Assembly (NCBI RefSeq): GCF_054482525.1
Contig: NZ_CM137006.1
Direction: 5' to 3' (one strand)
DNA: 64,000 bases
Positions 1-9,378 of the stretch are shown in pieces; the stretch's first letter is position 1; the number at the start of each line of letters is the position of its first letter. Below the pieces are notes generated by a model. That model was not told the DNA's origin. It was given only the letters and a program-made list of their open reading frames with translations, and did no database searches. Made by a program: the position numbers and the translations under genes.

Positions 1-134
1 CCAAAGTGCTGCGGCCAGAAGCTGATGCGCTGTTCATCAGGGACTATGGTGGCAACCAGCTGAGGCTGGTCATTCCCTGATGCAGCGGTTACGGAAACAG
101 AAGGAGTGGTGGAATTATGCAAGACGGTTGTCAT
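1..134 (-). CDS. Antirestriction protein (KlcA/ArdB-like, YfjX/YafX family), 5-prime part only; gene runs off the left edge
   Basis: A minus-strand ATG at 134-132 opens a frame reading MTTVLHNSTTPSVSVTAASGNDQPQLVATIVPDEQRISFWPQHF to the window edge. The PDEQR-SFWPQHF N-terminus and the position after the DUF932 gene match CP4-type island antirestriction genes as I recall them. Confidence 0.55.
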   Translation of the reverse strand, partial: MTTVLHNSTTPSVSVTAASGNDQPQLVATIVPDEQRISFWPQHF

Positions 135-225
135 GAGATTATTCCTTATAAAAAGTAAATGAATGGAAGAAATCCCGGGGGAAGGGACAGACGTGAGTCA
201 GAACTGCGCTTTCAGGGAAACGGCA

Positions 226-1044
226 TCAGCGCATACTCTCCAGCAGCGTTTCAGCCATCACCCACAATGCGCGGTTGAGCTTAATGTCGGTGTCGATGCT
301 GTGAATGGCACGGGTATGGATACGTTTTCCTCTGGCACTGCGACCGGAAATCCCGCCTTTCAGCATATTCTCCTGAATGGTCTGATAAGCACTCCACAGG
401 TCCTTACCGTAATCCTCCCGGCGTCGTGGCGTCAGAATGTCGGCGGTGGTGACGGGCCGATGTTCGTCACCATAACGGTAAGTCAGTGCCGCCTGTGCCA
501 GCGCCTGGCGTGCCGGTGGCGGCAGAATCAGCGACTGCATGGCATCACGCTTTTCCTCAATCCGGTCAAAAACCCCCACCACCTCGTAAGCCCCTTCAAT
601 AACTTTCTCCACCACATTTCCCCGGTGCGGAACACGCACTTCCCCCAGAGACTGACCACAGACGCATCCGTTCTGACAGACGAACCTGAAGTAACCCGGC
701 AGCATCTGGTAGCTGGAGGTACCGTCATGGGAGTTGAGCAGAATGATTTCAGGGACATGTTCTCCGTTTATCTCTCCGGCCCGCCGCAGACGCAGCATAT
801 GTTTTGTGTATCCCCGGCGGCCCGGGTCGCGCACACGGGTCTGGCAGGCGAAGAATGGCTGAAAGCCTTCCCGCTGCAGGCTTTCCAGTACGGTGATGGT
901 GGGAATGTACGCATATCGTTTACTGCGGGAAGTATGCCGGTCTTCACCGAAAATACTGGGAACATAGTGCATCAGTTCTTCGTGTGTCAGCGGACGGTCA
1001 CGGCGTATCTGGTTCGTATAACCAAAACGACTGGCTAGTCGCAT
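226..1044 (-). CDS. DUF932 family protein (YafZ/YfjQ-like) of CP4-type islands
   Basis: A 272-aa ORF (…LMHYVPSIFGEDRHTSRSKRYAYIPTITVLESLQREGFQPF…) recognised as the YafZ/YfjQ family. It is same-strand with its backbone neighbours. The 291-aa plus-strand ORF over it is an antisense shadow. Confidence 0.75.
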   Translation of the reverse strand: MRLASRFGYTNQIRRDRPLTHEELMHYVPSIFGEDRHTSRSKRYAYIPTITVLESLQREGFQPFFACQTRVRDPGRRGYTKHMLRLRRAGEINGEHVPEIILLNSHDGTSSYQMLPGYFRFVCQNGCVCGQSLGEVRVPHRGNVVEKVIEGAYEVVGVFDRIEEKRDAMQSLILPPPARQALAQAALTYRYGDEHRPVTTADILTPRRREDYGKDLWSAYQTIQENMLKGGISGRSARGKRIHTRAIHSIDTDIKLNRALWVMAETLLESMR

Positions 1045-1143
1045 AATTTGCTCCTTATCGGTGGTTAAGATTTACTGGTGTAATAAATGAAAAAGCCACG
1101 TCTCCCGGAGAAGACGCGGCCTGATGGGTGAAATGAATGACGT

Positions 1144-1377
1144 TTATTGTCTGAGAAGACCGTCACTGGCGAGCCGCGTATTAAGCACCTTTCCGGCATC
1201 GGGTTCAGAATTCCGGCAGCGCCAGCGTCGCTGACCTTCCGTGTTGCGGATAATCCGACGGAAATGCATTCCCGGGTCATCCTGGATAAACACATTGCGG
1301 TAAGCTGTTATGACAGCAACCGCCTGCCCGTATGAGAAAGATCCTTCAGCCAGGACATACTCTGTGTAACCCGGCAT
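1144..1377 (-). CDS. DUF905 small protein (YkfF-like)
   Basis: A 77-aa ORF sharing the pattern HFR..(I/V)R.TEG...W...N.EPDAG..LN with K-12 YkfF as I recall it. It lies between the DUF932 gene and the lipoprotein-like pseudogene, as in CP4 islands. Confidence 0.6.
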   Translation of the reverse strand: MPGYTEYVLAEGSFSYGQAVAVITAYRNVFIQDDPGMHFRRIIRNTEGQRRWRCRNSEPDAGKVLNTRLASDGLLRQ

Positions 1378-1455
1378 ATCTGTTTTCTCCTGATAAATAA
1401 AAAGCCTCTGCCACGCGTTGTGACAGAGGCTGAAGCATGAAACTGACTTCAGGGA

Positions 1456-1910
1456 TCAGTTAACGTTTTTTCCGGAAACGGTAATTAGCAGTGGATGGTA
1501 GTCCTGGGGATCGAAAACCGATAACGGCAGACTGACACGATGGCCGTTACTTTCTTCAGTTGCTTTAATGATTTCGGTTGTGGCGACATTTTCCACGCAC
1601 TCCGTTTCCAGAAATGCGTCTGTGGTTCGCGTGGCATTACTGTCACCAAAAGCTTCCGTTTCCATTTTTCTGGTCACCAGCGTCTGACCATATTTGTCTT
1701 TGAGTTGCAGAGTGATGGTGAGGGGCCAAATCCTTCACCGTTTCCGCCATTATCCAGCCGGAACTGGTAAGCACAAATATTTCCCGGGAGCCATATCGTA
1801 TCTGTATTGCGTATACCGATGTAACGTTGATCCTGTGCCCGGAGTGGGGCAGACCACGTTAACCCCAGAATAACGCCAGTAATAATGCAGGTTTTGAACA
1901 GGTGAATCAT
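1456..1910 (-). pseudogene. YafY/YfjT-like prophage lipoprotein gene split by a frameshift
   Basis: Two consecutive minus-strand ORFs overlap by 4 nt in different frames. One is 1674-1910, with a signal-peptide-like N-terminus MIHLFKTCIITGVILGLTWSAPLRA; the other is 1456-1677. Together they read like one ~150-aa protein. Confidence 0.6.
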
Positions 1911-1985
1911 GGTATTTACCTCTCTGAGTCATGACGATGACACTGGCAAATCAGGTGATAAAACCTAAAAGGAGCAGAACACACG

Positions 1986-4508
1986 TTATGCCGGGAGCTC
2001 CGGGGGGAATGCTTCTTCCAGTCGGTTAACCATATTGCCGAGATGGGATGCATCATATTCCATGACGGGGCGTTGCCTGATGATACTGACCACCAGTGGT
2101 TTGATTAACATATTGGTCGCGGCCCGTTGTTGTATACCGGCGGCGAAAATGATCTCCAGAGCATTCTGATCGATAACACGGGCCAGATTCTCGTTCAGAT
2201 TTTCAATCTCATGTCCGGTCAGCAGGAAACTGCCGGCAAGCCATGTCACCTGCTCCTGAATCATTGCCAGAATTTTGACGCGATCTTCTTCAACCAGCGC
2301 TCCGGCAATTTTTCCTGATACAGCGGAGGCAATCATTCCCCCCAGAACACCGCCAACCACACGTCCTGTCAGTGCACCAAATGGTCCCAGTGGACTGAAC
2401 AATATCCCGCCCGCCACTGACCCGACAGCACCACCTGCCACACCGGAAGATGCCACGGCAAGATTCCTGATGAACTGCGCACCGGAGATCCGTCCCCGCA
2501 ACATTTTGATCATGTCAGGGCCGGTTGTGACAGCTACCAGTGCCAGAGATGTTACCAGCGTACCCTTCATTACTTTGTTCAGGGCACTGATATTTCCTGC
2601 ACCGGTCCCCTTCTGAAGAGCCAGTCGGACAGTCGGGCTGGCAGTCGAAAAATCAATGTGCTTCAGCATACCCTGAACAACACTGAGCCGGTGGAGTTGC
2701 TGGGTTGTGACGTAGACAGCCAGTGTGCGGGTGAAGGTTTTTCCTGCCTGGACAGCAGCTGTCTGCAGGGCAGCATCGCGATCGCCGGTGCTGAGCCAGA
2801 AGACCGATGCCGTCAGGGCAAAACTGATCCCTCCGGCCGCCAGACTGACAACCGAACCCTCGGCAATATCATAAGTGACCGATTCGATGGTCCCGAACCG
2901 GGTGATATTACGGGCCTGAGTATAAGTCAGATGTCCCCGACGAATCAGCCGGGACGCTTCTGCGGGATCGGTTACACCGGGTACTTTACCTTCGCGGATC
3001 TTATTCCTCATGGTTTCAACAGCGCCGGCATACTGATCACGGGGGACTTCCAGTTGCATGGGGCCATTATTTCCCATGTAACGATACTGTCCGTTTTGTC
3101 CGTCGAATGCCGCACCGACGCTACGGGCTGCAGTTGAACAATATTTCGTCTGGATTTCTGTTCCGCTGACCAGTCTGTCTGCTCCATTTCTGGCATTATT
3201 ATCACCGAGGATCCGTGCGTTTTTCAGACGGACTCTGTCGACAATATGGTTTCCCCGTTCAGCGGCAAACCCATGTCCCTGCCCTCCGGAAGCAAACATT
3301 TTCTCATTTGTACTCCAGGTTTCCGGCAGTTTCATGAGAATCAGACCATTCGCCGTTGCATCGGAAATAAAGCTGTTGTAAGGGCGTTCATAAATTTCCT
3401 GACACAGTGTTTCTGTTTCGCGACAAAGAGAGGTGCAGTACCATTCCGGATCCAGCTTATGATTTTCCGGGGCATGATGTACTTCTGTCAGCCCGCAGGA
3501 GGCACAGATACGAAGCTCATCCACGTGATGGAATGATACAAAACGGCGACCTTCTGAAAAGGGATACCAGTCACCGCCGTCCAGGCAACGATCGAGAAAA
3601 TCGTCATTCGCTTCCGGTGATAAATTCAGGCGGTTCCGGAAGAGCGTTTTCAGTTCATCAGGTGTGAATGACAGGTTCTCTTTCAACTGTTCGTTAAACC
3701 CTGCCATGTTTCTTTCATACCAGGCATTGTTCAGTAACCAGTTTCCGTCTGCCAGTTCAAATTCCCTCAGCTCTCCCCGGGAAATCCGTTGAGAAATGAG
3801 CGTCAGCCAGATGCGCTCCGTCAGTGAGTCAGGAAGGCTGTAATCGTTTTGCAAACTGGTCAGCCACGATTTACTGTTGAGCACCGGTTGTTCTTCCAGT
3901 GTCTGGCTGATGGCACAGGTCAGTTTTTTCAGCGCCTGGATCTGGCTGGCCGCCCATAGCAGCGTCACTAATGCAGCCAGCCAGTACAACAACCCGCCCC
4001 ACCACATCAGTGACGGTGAAATATCGTACTGTAACGCGATCAATGGTGCGCATGCAGAACACGCCATAAGGAAAAAGGCAGTATAAAAACAGCAGTAATA
4101 CCCGTTAATTTCCTTGCTGATATCTTCTGGTGTGATCCCGTTCTGCTGAATGTTTTTGATCTGCAGGGGAACAGCCAGCAGACCACCGGCGAGAGCGGTG
4201 GTCAGAATAAATTTCACAGAGTCAAAGGTGTGAGCCTCCAGCGCGATATGTTTACCATCAAGTCCCCACATGAAGCTGATGATCATTCCGGCAATCGTCA
4301 GAAATACGCCTGCCAGCCAGCGAATATGGAACAACCGGGTTATGCGTTCGGTGATATAGCCAGCCAGTAAGGCCGGGCCGAACAGACACAGCAATATGAG
4401 CCCTGCCAGCGCAGAAGCCGTGCTGATTAATGCTCTGAACAAAAGGCGAAGAATGGCAAATCCTGCGATCAGCAGGATCAGCGCGCCGACTATCTGTAAC
4501 ATAGTCAC
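1986..4508 (-). CDS. yeeR: YeeR-like inner-membrane protein (long form, 840 aa)
   Basis: The N-terminal ~200 aa contain several hydrophobic helices. There is a Cys/His cluster (ICASCGLTEVHH…WYCTSLC) and a Gly-rich hydrophobic C-terminal region. The first ~500 aa read like K-12 YeeR, and the gene sits directly downstream of the Ag43 gene as yeeR does. Confidence 0.7.
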   Translation of the reverse strand: MTMLQIVGALILLIAGFAILRLLFRALISTASALAGLILLCLFGPALLAGYITERITRLFHIRWLAGVFLTIAGMIISFMWGLDGKHIALEAHTFDSVKFILTTALAGGLLAVPLQIKNIQQNGITPEDISKEINGYYCCFYTAFFLMACSACAPLIALQYDISPSLMWWGGLLYWLAALVTLLWAASQIQALKKLTCAISQTLEEQPVLNSKSWLTSLQNDYSLPDSLTERIWLTLISQRISRGELREFELADGNWLLNNAWYERNMAGFNEQLKENLSFTPDELKTLFRNRLNLSPEANDDFLDRCLDGGDWYPFSEGRRFVSFHHVDELRICASCGLTEVHHAPENHKLDPEWYCTSLCRETETLCQEIYERPYNSFISDATANGLILMKLPETWSTNEKMFASGGQGHGFAAERGNHIVDRVRLKNARILGDNNARNGADRLVSGTEIQTKYCSTAARSVGAAFDGQNGQYRYMGNNGPMQLEVPRDQYAGAVETMRNKIREGKVPGVTDPAEASRLIRRGHLTYTQARNITRFGTIESVTYDIAEGSVVSLAAGGISFALTASVFWLSTGDRDAALQTAAVQAGKTFTRTLAVYVTTQQLHRLSVVQGMLKHIDFSTASPTVRLALQKGTGAGNISALNKVMKGTLVTSLALVAVTTGPDMIKMLRGRISGAQFIRNLAVASSGVAGGAVGSVAGGILFSPLGPFGALTGRVVGGVLGGMIASAVSGKIAGALVEEDRVKILAMIQEQVTWLAGSFLLTGHEIENLNENLARVIDQNALEIIFAAGIQQRAATNMLIKPLVVSIIRQRPVMEYDASHLGNMVNRLEEAFPPELPA

Positions 4509-4622
4509 TCCGTGATGAATATCATGTTATTGTTAATGCCAGCGAATGTGGCGTTGAAGATCCGTTGCGCCGGTCCGGGTCCCGGTCATGATGACCGGGA
4601 CCACAGAGAGGCGATGGTTCTG

Positions 4623-7469
4623 TCAGAAGGTCACATTCAGTGTGGCCTGACCGTTATACCCTTCAGCGCTGCTGCCGCTGACGCTGTGGGCATAACCGGC
4701 CTGAACGCCCAGGGTGATATTTTCCCGGACACGGGCTTCCAGTCCGGCCTGCAGGTCCAGTGACGTGCCATTCCGGGACGGTGAGAACGTCATGTTACTG
4801 CCGGCTGCGGCTGTACCCATGCTCATGTCTCCCCGGGAGCTGAAGGTGCGGATAACAGAAGGCTGTACCCACCAGTTCACAGGCAGTTCACTCACACCGT
4901 GTTTTGTACTGTCGCGCAGGGTGTCACGGGATGAGGTGCCTTCACCAAAGGTCATATCGTTGTGGCTGCCCAGACGGAAACCGGCACGCACATGTTGTGC
5001 ACTGCCATGCCCGAACTTCACATAACCGGCGTTATCCTGGCCGTCATCCAGGGAAAGTCCCTGCCAGGTATAGTGCAGTTGTGGCTCCAGCATCAGGTTG
5101 TCAGTGATACTGAAGGGCAGACCGGTTTCCAGTGAGCCCAGCCAGCCCCAGCCCCGGGCGCGGAAGTCGTTATTGTCCGATGACGCTTTCATGCTGTGGC
5201 GGGTTCCCTGTGCCACAATGTCAGCCCACAGGCCGGAGGACGTGTGTGTCAGATTCAGGTATCCGCCCAGGCTGCCGGCATCATCCCGGACCGTGCCGGC
5301 GCGGGAACCGTCATCATCCTTAACATCAACGGAAGAATGGCCTGCGGCACCATACACCCCTGTCGTCAGAGACATACCGGCAACCTCTGTTCTCAGCAGG
5401 TCACCCTCCAGACGGACGAAGCCATAGCTGCCGCTGCTTTCCGGCGTGGCTCCACGGGCAATACCGCCGTTGTTATCGTGACCGAGATGACCGCCCTGAA
5501 TGCTGAGACGGACGCTGTTATTTTCACCGTTTACACCGGTCTGATGGCTGCGGGAGCCTGCCAGAATCCGATCATGGTCCATTGCCTGTGTCAGCATGGA
5601 TGTATACAGGGGGACTTCAGCACGATAAGCATTTTCACTGCGCAGGTACCAGTCTTCATCGCTGTCACGGTTCAGGGTGTAGTTAAAGGCGCCGGCCTGA
5701 AGCGGGCGACTCAGGGCAAACGCACCTTCTTCTGTGGTGGCGCCATTCTGTGCATCCACAACCCGGATACCCTGTCCGGAGGTTGCCACCCCGAGGTTAC
5801 TGTTTCCGACATTTGTAAACGCAAGCCAGGTTTTGCCGGTTGCCTGACCACCATTAATCACCAGCTGGTCAGAGGTATTGCTGCCATCAAGGCGAACACG
5901 CATATTGATGGTGCCACCCTGACCGGTGAGGTTACTGGTGGTCAGTTTATGGAACGTTACCGGGGAGTCGCCTTTTGCAACAGCACGGCTCAGCGCGGCA
6001 TCCGGTGTCGTCTGATTATCAAAGCGAATCTCCCCTGCGTTAACAATATCGCCGGTACTGACCACATCGCCATTCAGTACCATGCTGGCACCTTTACTGA
6101 GCTGTGTTCTGCCACTCAGACTTCCCCCGGCAGCCAGCGTCAGTGTTCCACGATGTCCGACAGTGGTGTTGCTGGCCAGTCCTCCGGCATTAACCGTAAA
6201 GCTGCCGCCATTTTCCAGCAGCAGTCCGCTGGCCTGACCGGATGTGCCATCAATACTGAACTTACCGCTGGCATTGGTCCCCTCAACAGTGGCACCACTG
6301 TCTGCAATCAGGGCACTACCGGATGTCATGGTGACATCTGTTGCCTTACCACCGGCAGACACTGCCAGGGTTCCGCCGTCATCCACCCGTGTTTTCCAGG
6401 CTGAATGGCCCTCCAGTACATCCAGGCGACCACCGGACTCCAGAACAACACCGTCAGCATTACCGTTTTCCACAGTGAAATTGCCCAGACGGTTGCTGCC
6501 GGTGACGGTTGCCGCCGTACTGGTGACCAGTGCGCCTCCCTGCTTCAGCGTGACATTCGTGGCTGTACCACCGGCGTTCACCTGCAGTTTGCCTTTCTGG
6601 TTAACGGTGGTGAAATCCGCCAGACCACCTTCCTTGACAATCTGCCAGCCGTCACTGTTCACAACAGTGTCAGAGGCTGTACCGCCGTTGTGCACATACT
6701 GGTTACCGCCGTTCAGTGTGGTATCCAGCGCGTAGCCATGTACAGTCTGGTCGCCGCCGGCATAAACCACAGTGGTATTTGCTGTTCCTTCAGCAGCCAC
6801 AATCTGACGACCATTTTCATTGATAGTGGTACGTACGGCATTTCCGCGAACAAACTGCCCGGTATCACCATTTTCTGCATCCGGTCCCCCTTCCGCGCCG
6901 GTATTCACAACCGTGTCGGTTGCCACTGCGCCGGATTTGATGGCCTGCCAGCCCTTCTCATTAATGACGGTACCCGTTGCAATCCCGCCTTCATGTACCC
7001 ACTGCTCACCGCCGTTCAGAGTGGTATTCACTGCCTGCCCCTGAAGGCTCTGTCCGCCTCCGGCACTGATAACCGTGTCTGAAACGCTTCCTCCGGCATT
7101 CACTCTCTGAAGACCACCACCGGTGACAGTAGTGTTGTTGGCGATACCGCCATTTTGTATCCATTGTCCGCCGGTATTGGCCTCGTTATCCGGCCCATAC
7201 TCCAGACCGGTACTGATGGTCATTCCGTTGGCCGTACCGAAGACAATCTGGTTGTCATGATTTGTCAGTGTTCCGCCGCTCACGGTTTCTCCCGCCTGTA
7301 CGACCGTGTCAGCAGCCAGTACCGGGACTGACGTGACAGCAGCAAGAGACAGCGCAACCGCCACACCGGTGCGTTTTCCCCGTGAGCGCGCCAGTTCGGA
7401 AGCCACCACCAGGGTGCCCGTAATGTGATTCCATACCAGCCTGTAGCTGGTGTTCAGATGTCGTTTCAT
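4623..7469 (-). CDS. flu: Antigen 43-family self-associating autotransporter adhesin (948 aa)
   Basis: The track ORF is 4623-7544, but the recognisable Ag43 signal sequence MKRHLNTSYRLVWNH begins at the ATG at 7469. The passenger is Gly/Thr/Asn-rich and repetitive. The C-terminal beta-barrel ends GYNGQATLNVTF. It is shorter than my recollection of K-12 Ag43 (1039 aa), closer to Cah-type variants. Confidence 0.9.
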   Translation of the reverse strand: MKRHLNTSYRLVWNHITGTLVVASELARSRGKRTGVAVALSLAAVTSVPVLAADTVVQAGETVSGGTLTNHDNQIVFGTANGMTISTGLEYGPDNEANTGGQWIQNGGIANNTTVTGGGLQRVNAGGSVSDTVISAGGGQSLQGQAVNTTLNGGEQWVHEGGIATGTVINEKGWQAIKSGAVATDTVVNTGAEGGPDAENGDTGQFVRGNAVRTTINENGRQIVAAEGTANTTVVYAGGDQTVHGYALDTTLNGGNQYVHNGGTASDTVVNSDGWQIVKEGGLADFTTVNQKGKLQVNAGGTATNVTLKQGGALVTSTAATVTGSNRLGNFTVENGNADGVVLESGGRLDVLEGHSAWKTRVDDGGTLAVSAGGKATDVTMTSGSALIADSGATVEGTNASGKFSIDGTSGQASGLLLENGGSFTVNAGGLASNTTVGHRGTLTLAAGGSLSGRTQLSKGASMVLNGDVVSTGDIVNAGEIRFDNQTTPDAALSRAVAKGDSPVTFHKLTTSNLTGQGGTINMRVRLDGSNTSDQLVINGGQATGKTWLAFTNVGNSNLGVATSGQGIRVVDAQNGATTEEGAFALSRPLQAGAFNYTLNRDSDEDWYLRSENAYRAEVPLYTSMLTQAMDHDRILAGSRSHQTGVNGENNSVRLSIQGGHLGHDNNGGIARGATPESSGSYGFVRLEGDLLRTEVAGMSLTTGVYGAAGHSSVDVKDDDGSRAGTVRDDAGSLGGYLNLTHTSSGLWADIVAQGTRHSMKASSDNNDFRARGWGWLGSLETGLPFSITDNLMLEPQLHYTWQGLSLDDGQDNAGYVKFGHGSAQHVRAGFRLGSHNDMTFGEGTSSRDTLRDSTKHGVSELPVNWWVQPSVIRTFSSRGDMSMGTAAAGSNMTFSPSRNGTSLDLQAGLEARVRENITLGVQAGYAHSVSGSSAEGYNGQATLNVTF

Positions 7470-7686
7470 CAGCTTTTCCTTACAGAGGGTGAATAAAAAA
7501 GCCGGTACCCACAAATGTGGATACCGGCAGGTACAAAACAGCATGGTCAGATAAAGTGGTTTTTCCCGGACATAAATGCTTCCCCTCTCTCATCCGCCAG
7601 AGAAGTATCAGTCCGTTGTGTGCAATTCCGTTCTGCATGATGAAGAGATTCAGCTGCCTTTTCGCAGACCATTAACCACTATAAAC

Positions 7687-7722
7687 GATCGATAGCAACG
7701 ATCGATACCTGTTTTATCGATC
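7687..7722 (-). promoter_or_regulatory. Ag43 phase-variation switch: three GATC (Dam) sites in the presumed OxyR operator
   Basis: GATC occurs at 7687, 7700 and 7719 within ataaacGATCgatagcaacGATCgatacctgttttatcGATCgtttta, ~220-250 bp upstream of the Ag43 ATG. A three-GATC Dam/OxyR switch is the described agn43 regulator. Confidence 0.75.
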
Positions 7723-7840
7723 GTTTTATTCTATTAACGACAAGGCGGTCACGCAAGAGAAACAGGAGGAGTATGAGGGGTTTGTGTCATGTTTTCAGTT
7801 GGTTAACGTAATGTTATCAGGCATTTCCCTGGCAGACTGT

Positions 7841-8713
7841 TCAGAAGAAAATCCAGTTCCATACAGCGCGGGCAACAGAGACCACCGTGTCACGGACGGC
7901 ACGCAGAACCGTACGGGCAACAGAGGCAACACAGACGCTCTCCGCCGTGTCAAATATCCGGTCCACCGCACCGGTAAACTGTTCACGGGCCTGAGCGCGG
8001 ACAGATTCCGTGCGCAGCTCGTCCTGCAGGCGGGTCATCAGGGGACTGGCGGCATGGTCGGGAAGTGCTGTCATTAGCGCACTGACCAGCGTATCCAGTT
8101 CCCAGCCGGTGCGGGCCGATACGGCAACAACCGGATGTACGGGCCGGAACAGACGGAATACCGCCTCCGTTTTCTCCCGAATGTTCTGTGCCTGTGCGGG
8201 AGAAGGCTGAATGCCGGCCATATCCCATTCATGGCAGGGCTCCGTTTTGTCGGCCTGCGTCACCACAAACAGCACCTGCTGATGTCCCCGGTGCAGGATG
8301 TGTCGCCAGAAATACTCATCCACAGACAGGGCGCGGTCATCGGCTTTAATCAGCCACAGCACCAGGTCCAGTTCGGGCAGAATGTCACGGTACAGGGCTT
8401 CATACTCTGCATCCCTGTCCCGGCTCTCGCCCACCCCGGGCAGGTCAGTGATAACCATGCTGTGACCATGGCCACTCAGACGGAAGCGCCGTACTTCCCG
8501 GGTGCCGGCGTGAACATCACTGACCGGGGTGACCTCCCCCTGAAACAGTGCATTACAGAGTGAGGATTTACCGGCCCCGCTTTTACCCATAATGCCAATC
8601 ACGGGTTCGTGACTGGTGAGTTTGCGCAGATGTTCCAGGATGTGACGGGAAAGCGAGTAAGGCAGGGAGGAGAGCGGTTTTTCAATTGCCTCAATGGCAT
8701 CAGACGGATTCAT
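7841..8713 (-). CDS. yeeP: YeeP/YkfA/YfjP-family island GTPase
   Basis: Family-like start MNPSDAIEAIEK at the ATG at 8713 (the track ORF extends to 8752). Motifs: G1 GIMGKSGAGKSSL, G3 DLPGVGE, and a G4-like VVTQADK. It lies immediately upstream of the Ag43 regulatory region, as yeeP does in CP4-44. Confidence 0.8.
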   Translation of the reverse strand: MNPSDAIEAIEKPLSSLPYSLSRHILEHLRKLTSHEPVIGIMGKSGAGKSSLCNALFQGEVTPVSDVHAGTREVRRFRLSGHGHSMVITDLPGVGESRDRDAEYEALYRDILPELDLVLWLIKADDRALSVDEYFWRHILHRGHQQVLFVVTQADKTEPCHEWDMAGIQPSPAQAQNIREKTEAVFRLFRPVHPVVAVSARTGWELDTLVSALMTALPDHAASPLMTRLQDELRTESVRAQAREQFTGAVDRIFDTAESVCVASVARTVLRAVRDTVVSVARAVWNWIFF

Positions 8714-8870
8714 ACATGTATTCCCGGTGAAAAAAGACAAAACCCCGCGCACCGGAAAAGTGGCGGGGGACTCACGGAGATAATATCTGCCTAAAATTAT
8801 TTGGAATGCAGGTATATGCAGCTAATTTGTATCGGCTCATTAGTACAGAACTAAACCTCATCTGACAGTC

Positions 8871-8903
8871 CGCTCTGTGCCAGGAGCAGACATTGCCAAC
8901 GTT
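8871..8903 (+). repeat. 33-bp imperfect direct repeat, copy 1 (partner at 10235-10267)
   Basis: cgctctgtgccaggagcagacattgccaacgtt versus cgctttgtgccaggagcggacgttgccagcatt gives 28/33 identical by hand alignment. Both copies are preceded by ctgacag. Confidence 0.7.
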
Positions 8904-9284
8904 ATGACCCTCGATTACATCAAAGAGCCCTATAGCCGAAACCTGCACCATAGCCATCTCTGTAGAATTCGTCCTAGGGGCTTTTAACAGACCTAGTTGT
9001 ATGGAGCGGAAGGAAATATTAAAGCTCAAGGCGTCAGTCCAGTGCTGTCCTGTTTGCTTACCACACGAAAGAGTGCTGCTTGTACCTGCTAACTAATGGT
9101 ATGCGGAGTGAGGGGGGCGGGTAGAACCAAAAGCACTTACTACGTGTGGCGCTCTCCTGGAAGAGGAGACGTCGAAGTGATAACGCTAACAACAGTCTTA
9201 CTGGTGATGCAAATAATGCTAGCTGGTCTGGTTGCCATCAAGCAACTGACTGGACGCCCGTAAGGGATGGAGGAACTTGATTAA

Positions 9285-9315
9285 AGGCAGGGGGGTTACC
9301 TCCCCTGCCTTTTTT
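9285..9315 (+). terminator. Rho-independent terminator
   Basis: GC hairpin aggcagggg…cccctgcct followed by tttttt. It ends a ~300-nt plus-strand stretch with no ORF of 60 aa or more and lies 64 nt before the next ATG. Confidence 0.7.
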
Positions 9316-9378
9316 CGTTTCTGCGCAAGTTAGCTCTGTTATTATAATCCTTACTCACACTGTAAGGACATAGTTCAA

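Noticed and set aside
163-1038. A 291-aa plus-strand ORF overlapping the DUF932 gene
   Set aside because: It is an antisense shadow of the recognisable YafZ/YfjQ-like gene. The translation is His/Pro/Gln-rich, with no family resemblance.
5196-6404. A 402-aa plus-strand ORF, and several other plus-strand ORFs (4714-7082), inside the Ag43 gene
   Set aside because: They lie antisense to a clearly recognisable autotransporter gene. GC-rich repetitive coding DNA generates long shadow frames. Their translations are low-complexity (Ala/Gly/Thr/Cys-rich), with no start context or motifs.
8772-9029. An 85-aa minus-strand ORF, and the 82-aa plus-strand ORF at 10070-10318
   Set aside because: No ribosome-binding context or family resemblance was found. 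The 82-aa frame reads straight through a rho-independent terminator and the 33-bp repeat scar, so both are likely non-coding or debris.
9000-9315. Type III toxin-antitoxin (ToxI-like) RNA or retron msr/msd upstream of the 227-aa gene
   Set aside because: There are no tandem repeats of the ToxI type, and no reverse transcriptase gene or a1/a2 inverted repeats that I can find. I kept it only as a generic ncRNA candidate.
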